DNA of 64,000 bases from an uncultured archaeon (GTDB taxonomy: Archaea > Thermoproteota > Bathyarchaeia > Bathyarchaeales > Bathycorpusculaceae): the NCBI GenBank assembly GCA_963810275.1, contig CAWENF010000002.1, positions 1-64,000 of the forward strand. The letters run 5' to 3'. Position 1 is the first letter of the stretch, and the number at the start of each line of letters is the position of its first letter. The notes below the pieces were generated by a model. It ran no database searches. It saw only the letters and a program-made list of their open reading frames with translations, and was not told where the DNA came from. Positions 42,845-53,875 of this stretch are shown here, piece after piece. The translations under genes were made by a program, and so were the position numbers.

Positions 42845-44068
42845 ATGCTTAAGCTCTTCAACACCTTAAGCGGCAAACTGGAACCCTTCAAACCCGCCGA
42901 GCCTCAAAACGTCAAAATGTACACATGCGGCCCCTCCACCTACCAAAGAGCACACATTGGCAACTACCGCACCTTCCTCTACGAAGACGTGCTCCAACGC
43001 TACTTGGAATACCTCGGCTTCAACGTTACACGTGCCATGCCGCTAACCGACGTGGAGGACAAAGCGGTTTTGCAAGCAAAAAAAGAGGGCATATCACTTG
43101 AAGAGTTAACTCAGAAGAACTTGGTGGTGTTCTTTGGCGACTTGAAGCTTTTGCATATCAAGAAGCCCGATTATCCTGTGGCGGCGTCGCAGGCAGTGGA
43201 CCAAGCGGTTATGTTGGTTGAGAGGCTTGTTGAGTCTGGTTATGCTTACTGGCACACGTATCATGGCGTCAGAAACGCATACTTTGCACCTTTGAAATTC
43301 AAAGGCTTTGGCAAACTCTCGCATTTGGATATGAGTAAATGGCCCAAGAAGCCCCGACGGTTCCATAAAGACACATATCCGGGTACACCGTGGAATATAG
43401 GCGACTTCATACTTTGGCACGGCTGTGGCTTAGAGGACACCTGTTTTGAAACCGCTATCGGAAGGGGGCGTCCATCTTGGAACATCCAGGACCCCGCAAT
43501 TGTCACCAAAACGCTGGGTTTTGAAATCGACTTGGCCTGCGGGGGCATCGACAACTTGGTTCGACACCACGACTACAACATAGCCGTAGCCGAAGCGGTT
43601 TCTGGCAAACAGTTTTCTCGGTTTTGGCTGCACGGTGGGCACCTCCTTGTAGATGGAGAAAAGATGAGTAAAAGCAAGGGCAACGTGCTGTACACTGATG
43701 ACGTGCTGAAGCGAGGGTTTAGTGGGGAAGACCTGCGGTTTTTCCTGATTTACGGTTTGTATAGTGAAGAACGCAATTTTACTTTTGAGCGGTTGGCTGA
43801 TGCGAAGCAGCTGCTGGATGAAGTTCGGGGGTTAGTGTCGGATTTAGCAGAAACTAGACCTGTAGGACAAGGGGCTTTTGGGAAAAGCTCGATTGCAGCT
43901 GCCTTCGAGGAGTGCATGAATAATAATTTAGATGTTAAGGACGCTTTTGATACAATAGCTCAAAAAGTCAAAGAAGCCCATCACAAACGTAAGGACATGT
44001 CGGGGCCTGAACTAAAAAATGTGTTAGATGATTTGCGCAGAGTAAACTCTGTGCTACAATGCATTTAA
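42845..44068 (+). CDS. Cysteinyl-tRNA synthetase-like paralogue (short, divergent Zn site)
   Basis: MYTCGP, HIGN, TDVEDK and KMSKS present; GRPSWNIQD replaces the canonical GRPGWHIEC; lacks the distal C-terminal anticodon domain. Confidence 0.8.
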   Translation: MLKLFNTLSGKLEPFKPAEPQNVKMYTCGPSTYQRAHIGNYRTFLYEDVLQRYLEYLGFNVTRAMPLTDVEDKAVLQAKKEGISLEELTQKNLVVFFGDLKLLHIKKPDYPVAASQAVDQAVMLVERLVESGYAYWHTYHGVRNAYFAPLKFKGFGKLSHLDMSKWPKKPRRFHKDTYPGTPWNIGDFILWHGCGLEDTCFETAIGRGRPSWNIQDPAIVTKTLGFEIDLACGGIDNLVRHHDYNIAVAEAVSGKQFSRFWLHGGHLLVDGEKMSKSKGNVLYTDDVLKRGFSGEDLRFFLIYGLYSEERNFTFERLADAKQLLDEVRGLVSDLAETRPVGQGAFGKSSIAAAFEECMNNNLDVKDAFDTIAQKVKEAHHKRKDMSGPELKNVLDDLRRVNSVLQCI

Positions 44069-44319
44069 GATAGGTCACCGATGAGTTTGAGGTCAACGAA
44101 TTTCTCGTTGCCATGCGGGGCCATCTCAAGCTCATCAGTGAGGTCTTTACCTGAGCTATGCATGCCCATGTGTTCCCCTTCCATCCAGAAGCTGCTGTCC
44201 GTGACCTCATAGACTTTGCCCTGATATGCAATCCAAGCGGGTTTACCGTCTTGCCCGTTGTTTTTTTCTAGTTCTTCTTTGGTTACCTTTTTTGTTTCTG
44301 CCAAAAACTTCACTTCCAA
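44065..44319 (-). CDS. Cytochrome b5-like heme/steroid-binding protein
   Basis: EELEKNNGQDGKPAWIAYQGKVYEVT...W.EGEH..H..G.DLT..L..APHG. Confidence 0.92.
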   Translation of the reverse strand: MEVKFLAETKKVTKEELEKNNGQDGKPAWIAYQGKVYEVTDSSFWMEGEHMGMHSSGKDLTDELEMAPHGNEKFVDLKLIGDLS

Positions 44320-44383
44320 CTAAAAGTAACTGAGGACTGGCGGAAAATAAATGTTTAGTGATAAAGCGGTTGCTAACCAAGCC

Positions 44384-45481
44384 TTAAGAGTAGATCAGTG
44401 TGGTTAGGTATGTGGCTTGGATGTTGACACTGCCGACGCCATGAACATGGCTGTCGATATGGATGTTGCTTTGTGCAGGGTAGTTTACGGAGTGGATATC
44501 GTCGTTGCTGCCGACAAAGTTGTTTTTATCCACTGATACATCACCTATCCCACTGACTTGGGAAGTGACTTGAGCAGAGACACCACCGTCTATGGTTAAT
44601 CCCACGTTTATGCTTCCTGTTGAGGTGTCGGCTGCTACATCGAGATTGCCGTCAATCGTCTTAGTCTGAGTTATGTCAAGGTTAACTGAGCCTGTGATGG
44701 AATGAAGTGTGATCGTACTGTTTGAAACGATTTTGGTTTGACTCATGCGGTAGTTGACTTCGCCGGTGACGGCGCTGATTGAGATGTTGCCTGCGATAGT
44801 GGTGCCTGGCTCCAGGTTGGCTTGCACTGTGCCTGTTGTGGTTTGCAGATGCAACGACTGGATAGTGGCGGCATTGACCCCTGAAAAGCTGACTTCGCCG
44901 GTAGCGGATGAAATATTGAGGTTTAACTCCAACGCTGGATCCACGTATATCATGCATTGCACCCGAGCACCAGTTATGAAGGGGGCAGCGACTCTAATGG
45001 TTGAATCCACATTTAAAACGTCACCAACAGTGTTATTGGAGAACTCTAAACTAACTGGCCCCGTGTCTTCTGATAGGAGCCCCCGCGTTCCGTTAGCTTG
45101 CAGGTAGATACCGACATTGTTGTCACCTATTTTCTGCGTGAACATGATTACTTTGCCGATGTTTGTGTGGAAGTTAAGGTTGAGGGTTTTAACACCCACA
45201 GTTTTGTCCTCTAATGATTGGTTGGTGTTCCATGAGCCGAAGGGTGCGGCTAAGAACGCCACTGCGACTACTGCTACAACTAAGACTACTACCAAAGCAA
45301 CAGTTACAACCACTATAGGGTCGTTATGCGAAGGTTTGAGGGGTTCATGTTTGGGTTGCGTTGGGTAGTAGACGGGTTGAGCAGGTTGAGAAGCGGCGTA
45401 TGGTGTGACGGGGGTTCCGCATCTATGACAGAACTTGGCGTCGTCTTCTAGTTGGGTTCCACATCGTCGGCAGTATGGCAT
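44384..45481 (-). CDS. Zinc-ribbon membrane protein with adhesin-like beta-repeat ectodomain
   Basis: CRRCG...CHRCG, a TM segment, and repeated 'TTGxV' strands. Confidence 0.8.
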   Translation of the reverse strand: MPYCRRCGTQLEDDAKFCHRCGTPVTPYAASQPAQPVYYPTQPKHEPLKPSHNDPIVVVTVALVVVLVVAVVAVAFLAAPFGSWNTNQSLEDKTVGVKTLNLNFHTNIGKVIMFTQKIGDNNVGIYLQANGTRGLLSEDTGPVSLEFSNNTVGDVLNVDSTIRVAAPFITGARVQCMIYVDPALELNLNISSATGEVSFSGVNAATIQSLHLQTTTGTVQANLEPGTTIAGNISISAVTGEVNYRMSQTKIVSNSTITLHSITGSVNLDITQTKTIDGNLDVAADTSTGSINVGLTIDGGVSAQVTSQVSGIGDVSVDKNNFVGSNDDIHSVNYPAQSNIHIDSHVHGVGSVNIQATYLTTLIYS

Positions 45482-45662
45482 AGGTTAATCCTCATTTATG
45501 GGTTAGGCGAGATGTGGATTTAAGCATTACCGACGAAGCTACTGATCAATTGCAACCCTTTGAATTAAACCAAACCAAGAATTCTTGAGTTATCGTAGCA
45601 GCAAGTTTTATACCCTAAACCCAACTACTATTAATTACCAACTTTTCTAGAGGAAAATTGTT

Positions 45663-46325
45663 ATGACATATTTTTTTGACCGCAAAGACGCGGGAAAACA
45701 GTTAGCAAAAGCCCTAATTGATTTCCCCACAGAAAATGGGCTGGTCTTGGCAATTCCCCGCGGCGGCGTAGTCGTGGGCTATCAAATCGCAGAAGCCCTA
45801 AACCTCCCCCTCGACGTTATCGTACCGCGCAAACTTGGAGCGCCTGACAACCCCGAACTCGCCATCGGCGCAGTGACAGAGGACGGCACACAGGTCATCG
45901 ATGAAGGCATAATCGCGTATCTAAACGTCAGCAACAGCTTCATTCAAGAGGAGAGCAGGAGGCAAATAGAAGAGATTGGACGCAGACTTCAAGTTTATCG
46001 AAAAGGAATGACGTCGCTGGATTTGAAAGAAAAAGACGTCATCATCGTGGACGACGGCATCGCTACAGGTTCAACTATGAAGGCGGCTTTGGCATCGGTT
46101 CGCAACAGAGGCGCCGCTTCGGTAATCGTGGCCGTCCCCGTCGGTCCACCTTCAACTATCAAAGAGCTCCAAGAGTTAGCTGATCGAGTTGTGTGTCCCT
46201 ACAAGCCCGATTACTTCCAAGCTATAGGGCAATTCTACGAGGACTTCAACCAGACAAGCGACGAAGAAGTTATAGCTCTGTTAAATGCTCGCAGAGTGGA
46301 AATGGGAGGGGTAGCAGCTACATGA
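45663..46325 (+). CDS. Phosphoribosyltransferase family protein
   Basis: FDRKDAG, IPRGG, RKLGAP.NPE, VDDGIATGST, AIGQFYEDF. Confidence 0.92.
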   Translation: MTYFFDRKDAGKQLAKALIDFPTENGLVLAIPRGGVVVGYQIAEALNLPLDVIVPRKLGAPDNPELAIGAVTEDGTQVIDEGIIAYLNVSNSFIQEESRRQIEEIGRRLQVYRKGMTSLDLKEKDVIIVDDGIATGSTMKAALASVRNRGAASVIVAVPVGPPSTIKELQELADRVVCPYKPDYFQAIGQFYEDFNQTSDEEVIALLNARRVEMGGVAAT

Positions 46326-46975
46326 GTACCTCTGAGGTTGAGTTGAGGATTCCTGCGGGAGGCGTCGAGGTTTTTGGTAATCTGTTTTTGCCAGAAGGCT
46401 CTATTGGGCTGGTGGTTTTTGTGCATGGAAGCGGCAGCAGCCGGTTTAGCCCACGCAACCAATACGTGGCTAAGGAGTTTAACAAGGCGGGTTTGGGCAC
46501 GCTGCTTTTTGATTTGCTAACCCAAAAGGAGGAAGAGGTGGATGTAGCAACAGCAGAGTACCGCTTCAACATTCCCCTCTTGGCAGAGCGTTTAATTGGC
46601 GTAACGGAGTGGCTGCGACTGGACCAACAAACTCAGAATTTTAAGCTGGGTTACTTTGGTGCCAGCACGGGAGCTGCCGCGGCTTTAATTGCCGCTGCGA
46701 AGTTGCCCGGCGAGGTTTCTGCGGTGGTTTCTCGCGGGGGACGAGGCGACTTGGCAGGTGAATATCTCTCGCGGGTGGAGGCTCCGACGCTTCTGCTGGT
46801 GGGCGGATGGGATGAAGACGTTATAGAGTTAAACCGCCAAGCCCAGTCGCAAATGAATAGCCAGACCAAGTTGGTGGTGGTTGAGGGCGCAACTCATCTT
46901 TTTGAGGAGCCTGGCAAACTTGAAGAGGTCGCACGATTAAGCATAGAATGGTTCCAAAAATATCTAAAGCAATAA
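46322..46975 (+). CDS. Dienelactone hydrolase-family alpha/beta hydrolase
   Basis: HGSGSSRFSPRN, GYFGASTG, VSRGGR, GATHLFEE; ATGA overlap with the PRTase gene. Confidence 0.92.
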   Translation: MSTSEVELRIPAGGVEVFGNLFLPEGSIGLVVFVHGSGSSRFSPRNQYVAKEFNKAGLGTLLFDLLTQKEEEVDVATAEYRFNIPLLAERLIGVTEWLRLDQQTQNFKLGYFGASTGAAAALIAAAKLPGEVSAVVSRGGRGDLAGEYLSRVEAPTLLLVGGWDEDVIELNRQAQSQMNSQTKLVVVEGATHLFEEPGKLEEVARLSIEWFQKYLKQ

Positions 46976-47002
46976 ACGGGAAAAAGGGAACTGCACGGGC
47001 AG

Positions 47003-47857
47003 TTAGAACTTGATGTTTACTGATTTTGAAAAGTGACCAAAAGGCATGCGCACTCGGTCGCCATAAACGCGTTTCAGGATATCGGTGAAGTCGCTGTTTT
47101 CATCCATATTATACTTGAAGGTGCCGTTTGAGGTTTTGATTTCTGCTTCGAACTCGCGGTGTTGGTTGTCGTTATAGTCGTTTTTCAGGTGAATTTTAAT
47201 TTCGTGTACTGTGTTGTTGAGTATGGCAAAGTTTCCGGGGGTCTCAGATAGGATTGTTTCAGGCGGCATATCGAGGTAGCGGTTAATATAGCCAAGGGTG
47301 CCTCTAAGTTGTTCTCCCCATTGTCCAAAGAAGCCTTTACCTTCTGCTTTGGCTTTTTCCTTGGCTTGCATAGCTGCGTCGTTGAGCATTTGAGGAGTCA
47401 TCTGCGCAAAAATCAGGCGCTCCAAGGTCACCACGCCGGTGTAGGTGTCATATCTGCCAAACGATTTTGGTTTTCGAAACAAGATAACGCCAACAGTTGT
47501 TTCTGTGCTATTTCGTGGTTGTGCGATGTAAGATGGGGGGATCTGTGATTGCGGTTGTGACTTGGCTGGAGGCTGATAAGTAGGTGCCGCTACGGCTGGT
47601 GTGTGGCTGGACTGGGCGGTTTGGGTTTGTGAAGAGATTATTGGGAAAGGTGCTTGTGGAATTGTTCTGCCAGTGGGTGGCGAGTAGTAATTTAGGCGAT
47701 CCCGCTCAGGCTGCTGCTCTGAGACTTTTTTGGAGGTGAATTTAGTTTCTTTAAATTTCTCGGGTGCTGGGGTGTCTTTTTTAGCGGTTGTGCCACAGTT
47801 GCCGCAGAATTTAGCGTCGGAATTAAGAGGTGAACCGCAGTTTTCGCAGTAAGACAT
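47003..47857 (-). CDS. Zinc-ribbon domain protein
   Basis: CENCG...CGNCG, a Pro/Gln-rich linker, and a C-terminal globular domain. Confidence 0.8.
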   Translation of the reverse strand: MSYCENCGSPLNSDAKFCGNCGTTAKKDTPAPEKFKETKFTSKKVSEQQPERDRLNYYSPPTGRTIPQAPFPIISSQTQTAQSSHTPAVAAPTYQPPAKSQPQSQIPPSYIAQPRNSTETTVGVILFRKPKSFGRYDTYTGVVTLERLIFAQMTPQMLNDAAMQAKEKAKAEGKGFFGQWGEQLRGTLGYINRYLDMPPETILSETPGNFAILNNTVHEIKIHLKNDYNDNQHREFEAEIKTSNGTFKYNMDENSDFTDILKRVYGDRVRMPFGHFSKSVNIKF

Positions 47858-48284
47858 ATTTAATCAGCAAGTACAGCGCTGAATAGACTAATAAATCATC
47901 ACAAGAGAATGCGAGATTTTAGGGTTTGCCGTCTGCTTTTATAAAAGAGCAAAACAGCTGCTAAACAAGCCATAGACTATGAAGGGTATCACAGACGTTA
48001 AGATGTTTGAGTTGTTGTCAATGCCGTAAACAGATGCACTCTTTGCGGTGGCGGCTAAATCCACTGTGACGATGTGACTACTGTGATAGTAACTAAACGT
48101 TAACACCCAATGGATCCCATGTCAGTTATGCAGAACTGAAGTTGTTTACTGTCAAGTACCACTGAAAAAGATGTGGTCTCATCTACTATGTTTTTGGATA
48201 TAGTGACTTAGGTTTGCCCTGTGCTACCTTTGGGTCCGCTGACAGCGAAGGCGAGGATATTTTTGCAAACGCCGCTATTCTGTT

Positions 48285-50301
48285 TTACGGTTTGGTTTGT
48301 TTTTTGGGTAAGGTTATTAGGAATTTTGTGCCTTTGTTAAGTGTGGATTCAAAACAAATAGAGCCACCCTGCGCTTCAACTAGCCGCTTCACCACCGCCA
48401 ACCCTAAGCCTTGACCTTTGGATTTGGTTGTAAACAGCGGAGTAAAGAGGCGGTCTTTAACTTCTTCGGGAATGCCTTTGCCTGTGTCGGCTACGGAAAG
48501 GCAGATAGCACCGTTTTTTTGTGTGCCGGCGATTTCGAGTGCACCGCCGTCTGGCATTGCTTGGATGGAGTTATTGATGAGGTTAGTGAGTGCTCTACGT
48601 GTGAAGGTTGGGTCTACGTAGACTTTTTTGGAGGTATCAACACGAAAAGATAGATGGATTGATCGAGGAACTGTTATGCTTTTAATAACTTCTACAATGA
48701 GGTCTTCTAAATCAACTTGTTGGTATTCTGGGTTGAGTTGGCGGGAGTAGTCCTGCAGGTCTGCAACTATCTTGTTGATGTATGTAATGTTATCTTCTAT
48801 ACTCACTAGGCTTTCGGAGATGTCAATTGTTTCTGTGGTTTGTGGCAGTTTCTGGATGTCGGATTGGATAAGGTATACTTCGCTTATCAGGGCCTGAAGT
48901 GGGTTTCGGATGTCATGTCCTACCATGCCGGCGACTTGACCTATGGCTGCGAGGCGTTCATATTTAAGAAGCTGCTTTGTGCGTTCCTCCACCAATTCTT
49001 CTAGATGCTTGCTGTACTGTTTTAGCATTTCCCGGTTTTGTTTACGCTGGGTGATATCGCGTACACCGCCGATGAATTGTATGGTTTTGCCTGAGTTGTC
49101 TTTGATGGCTTTGGCGGTGTCTTTCACGGTTATGTAGTTACCGTTTTTGTGCAGTATGCGGTATTCAAGGGAGTAGCGGTCTATGTTGGGATCGTTTTTG
49201 GTTTTGGTCCAAGTATCAACCAGCTGCTGGATGTCTTCGGGGTGAATTTTGGTTTGAACCCACGCTGTTGTTGAGCCAACTTCGTCTGGTTCGTATCCTG
49301 CGAGCTGTTTGACGCCGCTTATAAACTTCATGTGATCAGTTGGGATGTCGATTTCGTAAACCATGACGCTGGCGGCTTCCGCGACCAGTCGGAACCGTTC
49401 TTCACTTTTCCTTAGTGCTTCTTCGGCTTGTCTTCGCTCGGTTACGTCTTGGTCTACACCCACTACGGTTTTTGCTTTACCCATAGCATCTTCTTCTCTT
49501 ACCTGACGTTGAGCGTTAAGAATCCGAACTGAACCGTCGGGGCGGATTATGCGATAGTCAAAGTTTTCCAGATGGTTTAACGGTGAATTTAGCATTAACT
49601 GGGCGTTTTTTAATGCGGCATTCGCGGTCGTTTGGGTGAATGAAGCTTAGATATTCTGCCCAAGTGAAGCCTAGGCGCCGAGGTTGTAGACCAAAGATTC
49701 GAAACATCCCAGGAGACCATTTGGCAACAGTCTCTGAAGTTTCAAGTTCCCAGCTTCCAAAATGCGCCACCTCCTCAGCTAACTCAAGAAGTTTAATGGT
49801 TTCAGCGGATATCTGTGTAGCTTGTCTTTGTTCGGTGATGTCTTGGTCTACCCCTACGATTACTTTGAGTTTGCCTTCAGGTGTGAGTTCTTTGATTTGG
49901 CGCTGAGAATGGATTGTTCGAACTGAGCCGTCGTGGCGAACGATGCGGTAATCATGTTCATTTTTCTGGTTTAATTTGGGATTTGCCATGGATGCTGTAA
50001 TTCTTCTAGTAGTGTCGAGCAAGTCGTCAGGGTGAATAAAACTCTTGTATTCCTCTAAAGTTAAGCCTTCGGTTTTGGGTTCTATGTCGAAAATATGAAA
50101 CATCTCTTTTGACCAAATAGCACGAAGCTGTGTGACATCCCACTCCCAGCTTCCAAAATGCGCCACTGCCTCAGCCATCTCCAAAAGCTTTTTACTTTTG
50201 TCTTCCTGCGCAGGTTTGGGGATTGGTATAGTTTTTCGGGAACGAGATCGCTTTTTTGTGGAGAAAACTTTTGTTTGAGAAGTTTTTTCTGGGGCAGTCA
50301 A
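48285..50301 (-). CDS. Multi-PAS sensor histidine kinase (frameshift ~49600)
   Basis: Three PAS/PAC domains (IHP.D), HDIRNPL H-box, NLINNS, DTGKGI, GQGLGL. Confidence 0.92.
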
Positions 50302-50734
50302 CAGTTTTGCCGCATATATAGATGAAACCTGAATAACTAAATAAGACTTTTCAATGCCAGTATGGACCCGTTGACGGATTTTTAAGTTTGCAGGTGTTGA
50401 TTACTTTTTCCGCCTCACTTGCTAAGTAGAATTCTTCAAGTTTTCCATTTTCCAGCAACTGAGGATCCGTTGTTTGATACTTTCTGCATGGAATTGGCGC
50501 GGCGTGAACTAAGCATTTCTAAGCGGCTCTTTGAACAACGGAAAATTTCTGGGCATAACTATCTTTAGGGTCGTCGTAGTCGCCAGCGTTCCTTGACATG
50601 TGAACCAACAAAACCGAACTTTCGCCGTTAGTCTTCGAACACATAACATCAGTCATCAGGCGCATGATAAAAGTAGAAACAACCCAGACAGCAACATGTA
50701 CACTAAAAAACCGATTTTTTCCTAAAATTTAGTA

Positions 50735-51053
50735 GCGATGGACCGCGGCAGTTCGTCGCCTAGACTCCGCCTGGGAACCTCAAACCCTACGCTCTTACCC
50801 GCACCCCCTTGAGCGCGTAACGTCCAAACTTAGGTTGCTCTCTCCCGAGCCTAGCCGGGTTCGCCTGCTAAACAACGAAGATGCTTCCCTACGGAAACAA
50901 CTCGTTGACCGCCAGCCCCAAGGGACGGATAGTCACTGGTTCGGAAATGAAACCCCAAGCGGCCTTTGACGCCTCTGCTGCCGATGTCAGCCCGTCATGT
51001 AGAGGATTTACGGTTGAAATGGACCCCTAACCCACCGCCTAAGATCCATCGCC
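50735..51053 (-). ncRNA. ffs: Archaeal signal recognition particle (7S) RNA
   Basis: ~319 nt GC-rich. Ends pair (GCGATGGA/TCCATCGC); Alu-domain GGGTTAGGGG; helix 8 CTAGGCTC-GGGA-GAGAGCAACCTAAG; TTTATA upstream. Confidence 0.92.
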
Positions 51054-51108
51054 GAACATAGAGAGATATTTCCAACTATAAAACTTATGCTAAAAAAGTA
51101 GGGTGAAG

Positions 51109-51909
51109 TTAGGGTTTTGTAGCCAACTTCAAGGCTAATGCGGCGGCTTGCAGGTCACTTAGCATGCTAGGCTGGTTTTGGGAAATGATATTTATGAATG
51201 CGGAGCCGACGATGGCGGCGTCAGCCCCTGCCTCAATAACGCGCTTGACATGTTCGGGCTTAGAGATGCCAAAACCCACTGCCAACGGAACCTTGCTCGC
51301 TGTAATTGGTTTTACACGCCTGATTAGCTGCACGGTGGAATCCGCAACGCTACTTTGGGCGCCTGTGACGCCAAAACGCGAAACCAGGTATAAGAAGCCT
51401 GAGGAGGCATTCACGATTTTTTGGAGACGCTCTTCCGAGGTGGCGGGGGACGCAAGAAAAACCGTATCCAAACCAGCCATTTCTGCGGCTTTTCGGTACT
51501 CATCGGCTTCCTCCACAGGCAAGTCGGGTACAATGAATCCGTCTACGCCTGCTGCTTTGGCTTTCTTTAGAAAAGTTAGGACGCCATGGTGGAATACTGG
51601 ATTATAGTATGTCATGACCACAAGTGGGGTATCATGCTGTGCTTTGATTTCTTTTGCGATTTCCAGCACTTTCAGAGGAGTAGTGCCTGCGTTTAGCGCT
51701 CGCAAACTGGCTTCCTGGATGGTTGGTCCATCAGCGATTGGATCAGAGAACGGCAGTCCAAGCTCTAAGATGTCCACGCCACCCCTGATCAATACGTCTG
51801 CCAGTTTGGGTGTGGCTTCGGGTGTGGGGTCGCCTGCGGTTAAGTAACCAATCAACAAACCTTCGCCTTTTGCTTTGGAATTTTGAAATTTCTCTTTAAT
51901 GATGCTCAT
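51109..51909 (-). CDS. trpA: Tryptophan synthase alpha chain
   Basis: [36 protein letters not shown]. Confidence 0.97.
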   Translation of the reverse strand: MSIIKEKFQNSKAKGEGLLIGYLTAGDPTPEATPKLADVLIRGGVDILELGLPFSDPIADGPTIQEASLRALNAGTTPLKVLEIAKEIKAQHDTPLVVMTYYNPVFHHGVLTFLKKAKAAGVDGFIVPDLPVEEADEYRKAAEMAGLDTVFLASPATSEERLQKIVNASSGFLYLVSRFGVTGAQSSVADSTVQLIRRVKPITASKVPLAVGFGISKPEHVKRVIEAGADAAIVGSAFINIISQNQPSMLSDLQAAALALKLATKP

Positions 51910-53102
51910 ATCTTTGCCCCTATGTATTTGGCTATTGTCTCCACGTCTTTGTCTCCTCTGCCTGAAAGGTTGACTACTATTGATTGGTCTTTTCGCATCT
52001 GCGGCGCAAGCTTGATGGCGAAAGCTACTGCATGTGATGACTCCAATGCAGGCAAAATGCCCTCCGTTTTGCATAGCGTAAGGAATGCGTCTACGGCTTC
52101 TTTGTCGTCTGCGTAGGTGTACTCCGCGCGCTTGATACTTCTGAGGAATGAGTGTTCGGGTCCGACGCCGGGGTAGTCTAAGCCGGCGGAGATGCTGGTG
52201 GTATTTTCGATTTGTCCGTTGCTGTCTTGGAGGATGTAAGTGAACATACCGTGAAAAATGCCTTCCTCGCCTGCCGCTAAAGTGGCTGCATGATGACCGC
52301 TCTGGATGCCTTCGCCTGCCGCTTCCACGCCGTACAGCTTGACGGATGCGTCATCTTCGAATGGGTAGAATGTGCCCATGGCATTGCTGCCGCCTCCCAC
52401 ACAAGCGACGAGTGCGTCGGGTAAGCAGCCGGTTTTCTGTTGGAATTGTTGCTTGATTTCTCGGCCAATCACACTTTGGAAGTCCCGCACCATCATCGGA
52501 TAGGGATGTGGCCCCATCGTTGATCCAATAAGGTAGTAGGTGGACTCTAAATTTGTCACCCAGTCTCGGAATGCCTCGTTAATGCTGTCCTTGAGCGTTT
52601 TTGAGCCGGACTCAACGGAGTGCACTTCAGCGTCCATAAGCTTCATGCGGAAAACGTTTAGACGTTGCCTCTCACAGTCTTCAGTGCCCATAAACACAAT
52701 TGCCTTCAAACCCAACGCAGCACATGCGATAGCTGTGGCGACTCCATGTTGTCCCGCGCCAGTTTCGGCAATTACGCGGCTCTTACCCATTCGCTTCGCT
52801 AGGAGTGCCTGTCCGATGGTGTTGTTGATTTTGTGTGCGCCACCGTGTGCTAGGTCTTCGCGTTTTAGGTAGATTTTTGCACCTCCCAACTTTTTGGTTA
52901 GGTTCTCAGCGTAATATAGCGGAGTGGGTCTGCCGACAAAGTCGGCAAGGTAATAGTCCAGCTTACGCTGAAACTCGGGGTCAGCTTTCGCCTCTGCATA
53001 CGCTTTTTCAAGCTGGGTGATTGCTTCCATCAAAATCTCAGGTACAAAGCGCCCGCCGTACTTGCCGTATTTGCCGTCTAATGGGTAGGCTTTTAGGTTC
53101 AT
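51906..53102 (-). CDS. trpB: Tryptophan synthase beta chain
   Basis: [50 protein letters not shown]. Confidence 0.98.
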   Translation of the reverse strand: MNLKAYPLDGKYGKYGGRFVPEILMEAITQLEKAYAEAKADPEFQRKLDYYLADFVGRPTPLYYAENLTKKLGGAKIYLKREDLAHGGAHKINNTIGQALLAKRMGKSRVIAETGAGQHGVATAIACAALGLKAIVFMGTEDCERQRLNVFRMKLMDAEVHSVESGSKTLKDSINEAFRDWVTNLESTYYLIGSTMGPHPYPMMVRDFQSVIGREIKQQFQQKTGCLPDALVACVGGGSNAMGTFYPFEDDASVKLYGVEAAGEGIQSGHHAATLAAGEEGIFHGMFTYILQDSNGQIENTTSISAGLDYPGVGPEHSFLRSIKRAEYTYADDKEAVDAFLTLCKTEGILPALESSHAVAFAIKLAPQMRKDQSIVVNLSGRGDKDVETIAKYIGAKI

Positions 53103-53875
53103 GCTTCCACATACTCCTTAACTTTAGATTCGATATCTTGTGTTAACATTATGCTTGAGCCAATCAGGAAAGCGTCTGCACCGCAGCCCCGCAGAAATTG
53201 CAGATCCGAAACGCTATTGATGCCGCTTTCGGAGACCACGGTTTTGCCGTTTTTGCCGTGCCGCTGCAGAATAGTTTTAGTAGTGTTTAAGTCGATTTTG
53301 AGCGTTGCCAAGTTGCGGTTGTTAATCCCTACCAAGTCCGCTTTGGTCTGGACTGCTTTTAGGTACTCGTTTTCGGTGTGTGCTTCCAAAAGAACTTCTA
53401 ACCCGTAGCCGTGTGCGTTAGCGATTGCGTGGTCAACGTCAACATCGCAGTAGCCTCTGTCAAAAAGCGCTTCAATCAGTAGCACCGCATTAGCGCCTAT
53501 CTTGGAGGCTACCTCTATTTGCTTTTGCACCATAATAATGTCTTTCATAAGGATTGGTAAATTTACGGCTACTCTGGCTTGGCTAAGTGCCTGCAGGGAG
53601 CCGTTGAAGTGCTTGGGTTCGGTGAGCACCGATAAGCTTGCTGCGCCGCCTCTCTGCATCGCCTGCGCTGTGGCCACCACATCCACGGTGTTGCGTATGG
53701 TTCCAGCGGAGGGAGATGCTGCTTTGATTTCCGCAATGATGGCGTTGGCTTTGGCGGTTAGTATCGCTGCTTTTAGGCTGGCTTGGACTTGTTTAACTGT
53801 TCTGTAGTGCCTATAGTATCCGCTCTCAATATTGTCCAAGGCATCCTTTGCGAGTGTATCAAGAAAATCAATCAT
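53099..53875 (-). CDS. trpC: Indole-3-glycerol phosphate synthase
   Basis: [27 protein letters not shown]. Confidence 0.96.
   Translation of the reverse strand: MIDFLDTLAKDALDNIESGYYRHYRTVKQVQASLKAAILTAKANAIIAEIKAASPSAGTIRNTVDVVATAQAMQRGGAASLSVLTEPKHFNGSLQALSQARVAVNLPILMKDIIMVQKQIEVASKIGANAVLLIEALFDRGYCDVDVDHAIANAHGYGLEVLLEAHTENEYLKAVQTKADLVGINNRNLATLKIDLNTTKTILQRHGKNGKTVVSESGINSVSDLQFLRGCGADAFLIGSSIMLTQDIESKVKEYVEA

Noticed and set aside
48060-48140. Possible C/D-box sRNA (GTGACGA...CTGA)
   Set aside because: Imperfect box C and no clear D'/C' boxes or guide target.
50380-50670. Short minus-strand reading frames between the kinase and SRP RNA
   Set aside because: Interrupted by a stop and no recognisable homology.
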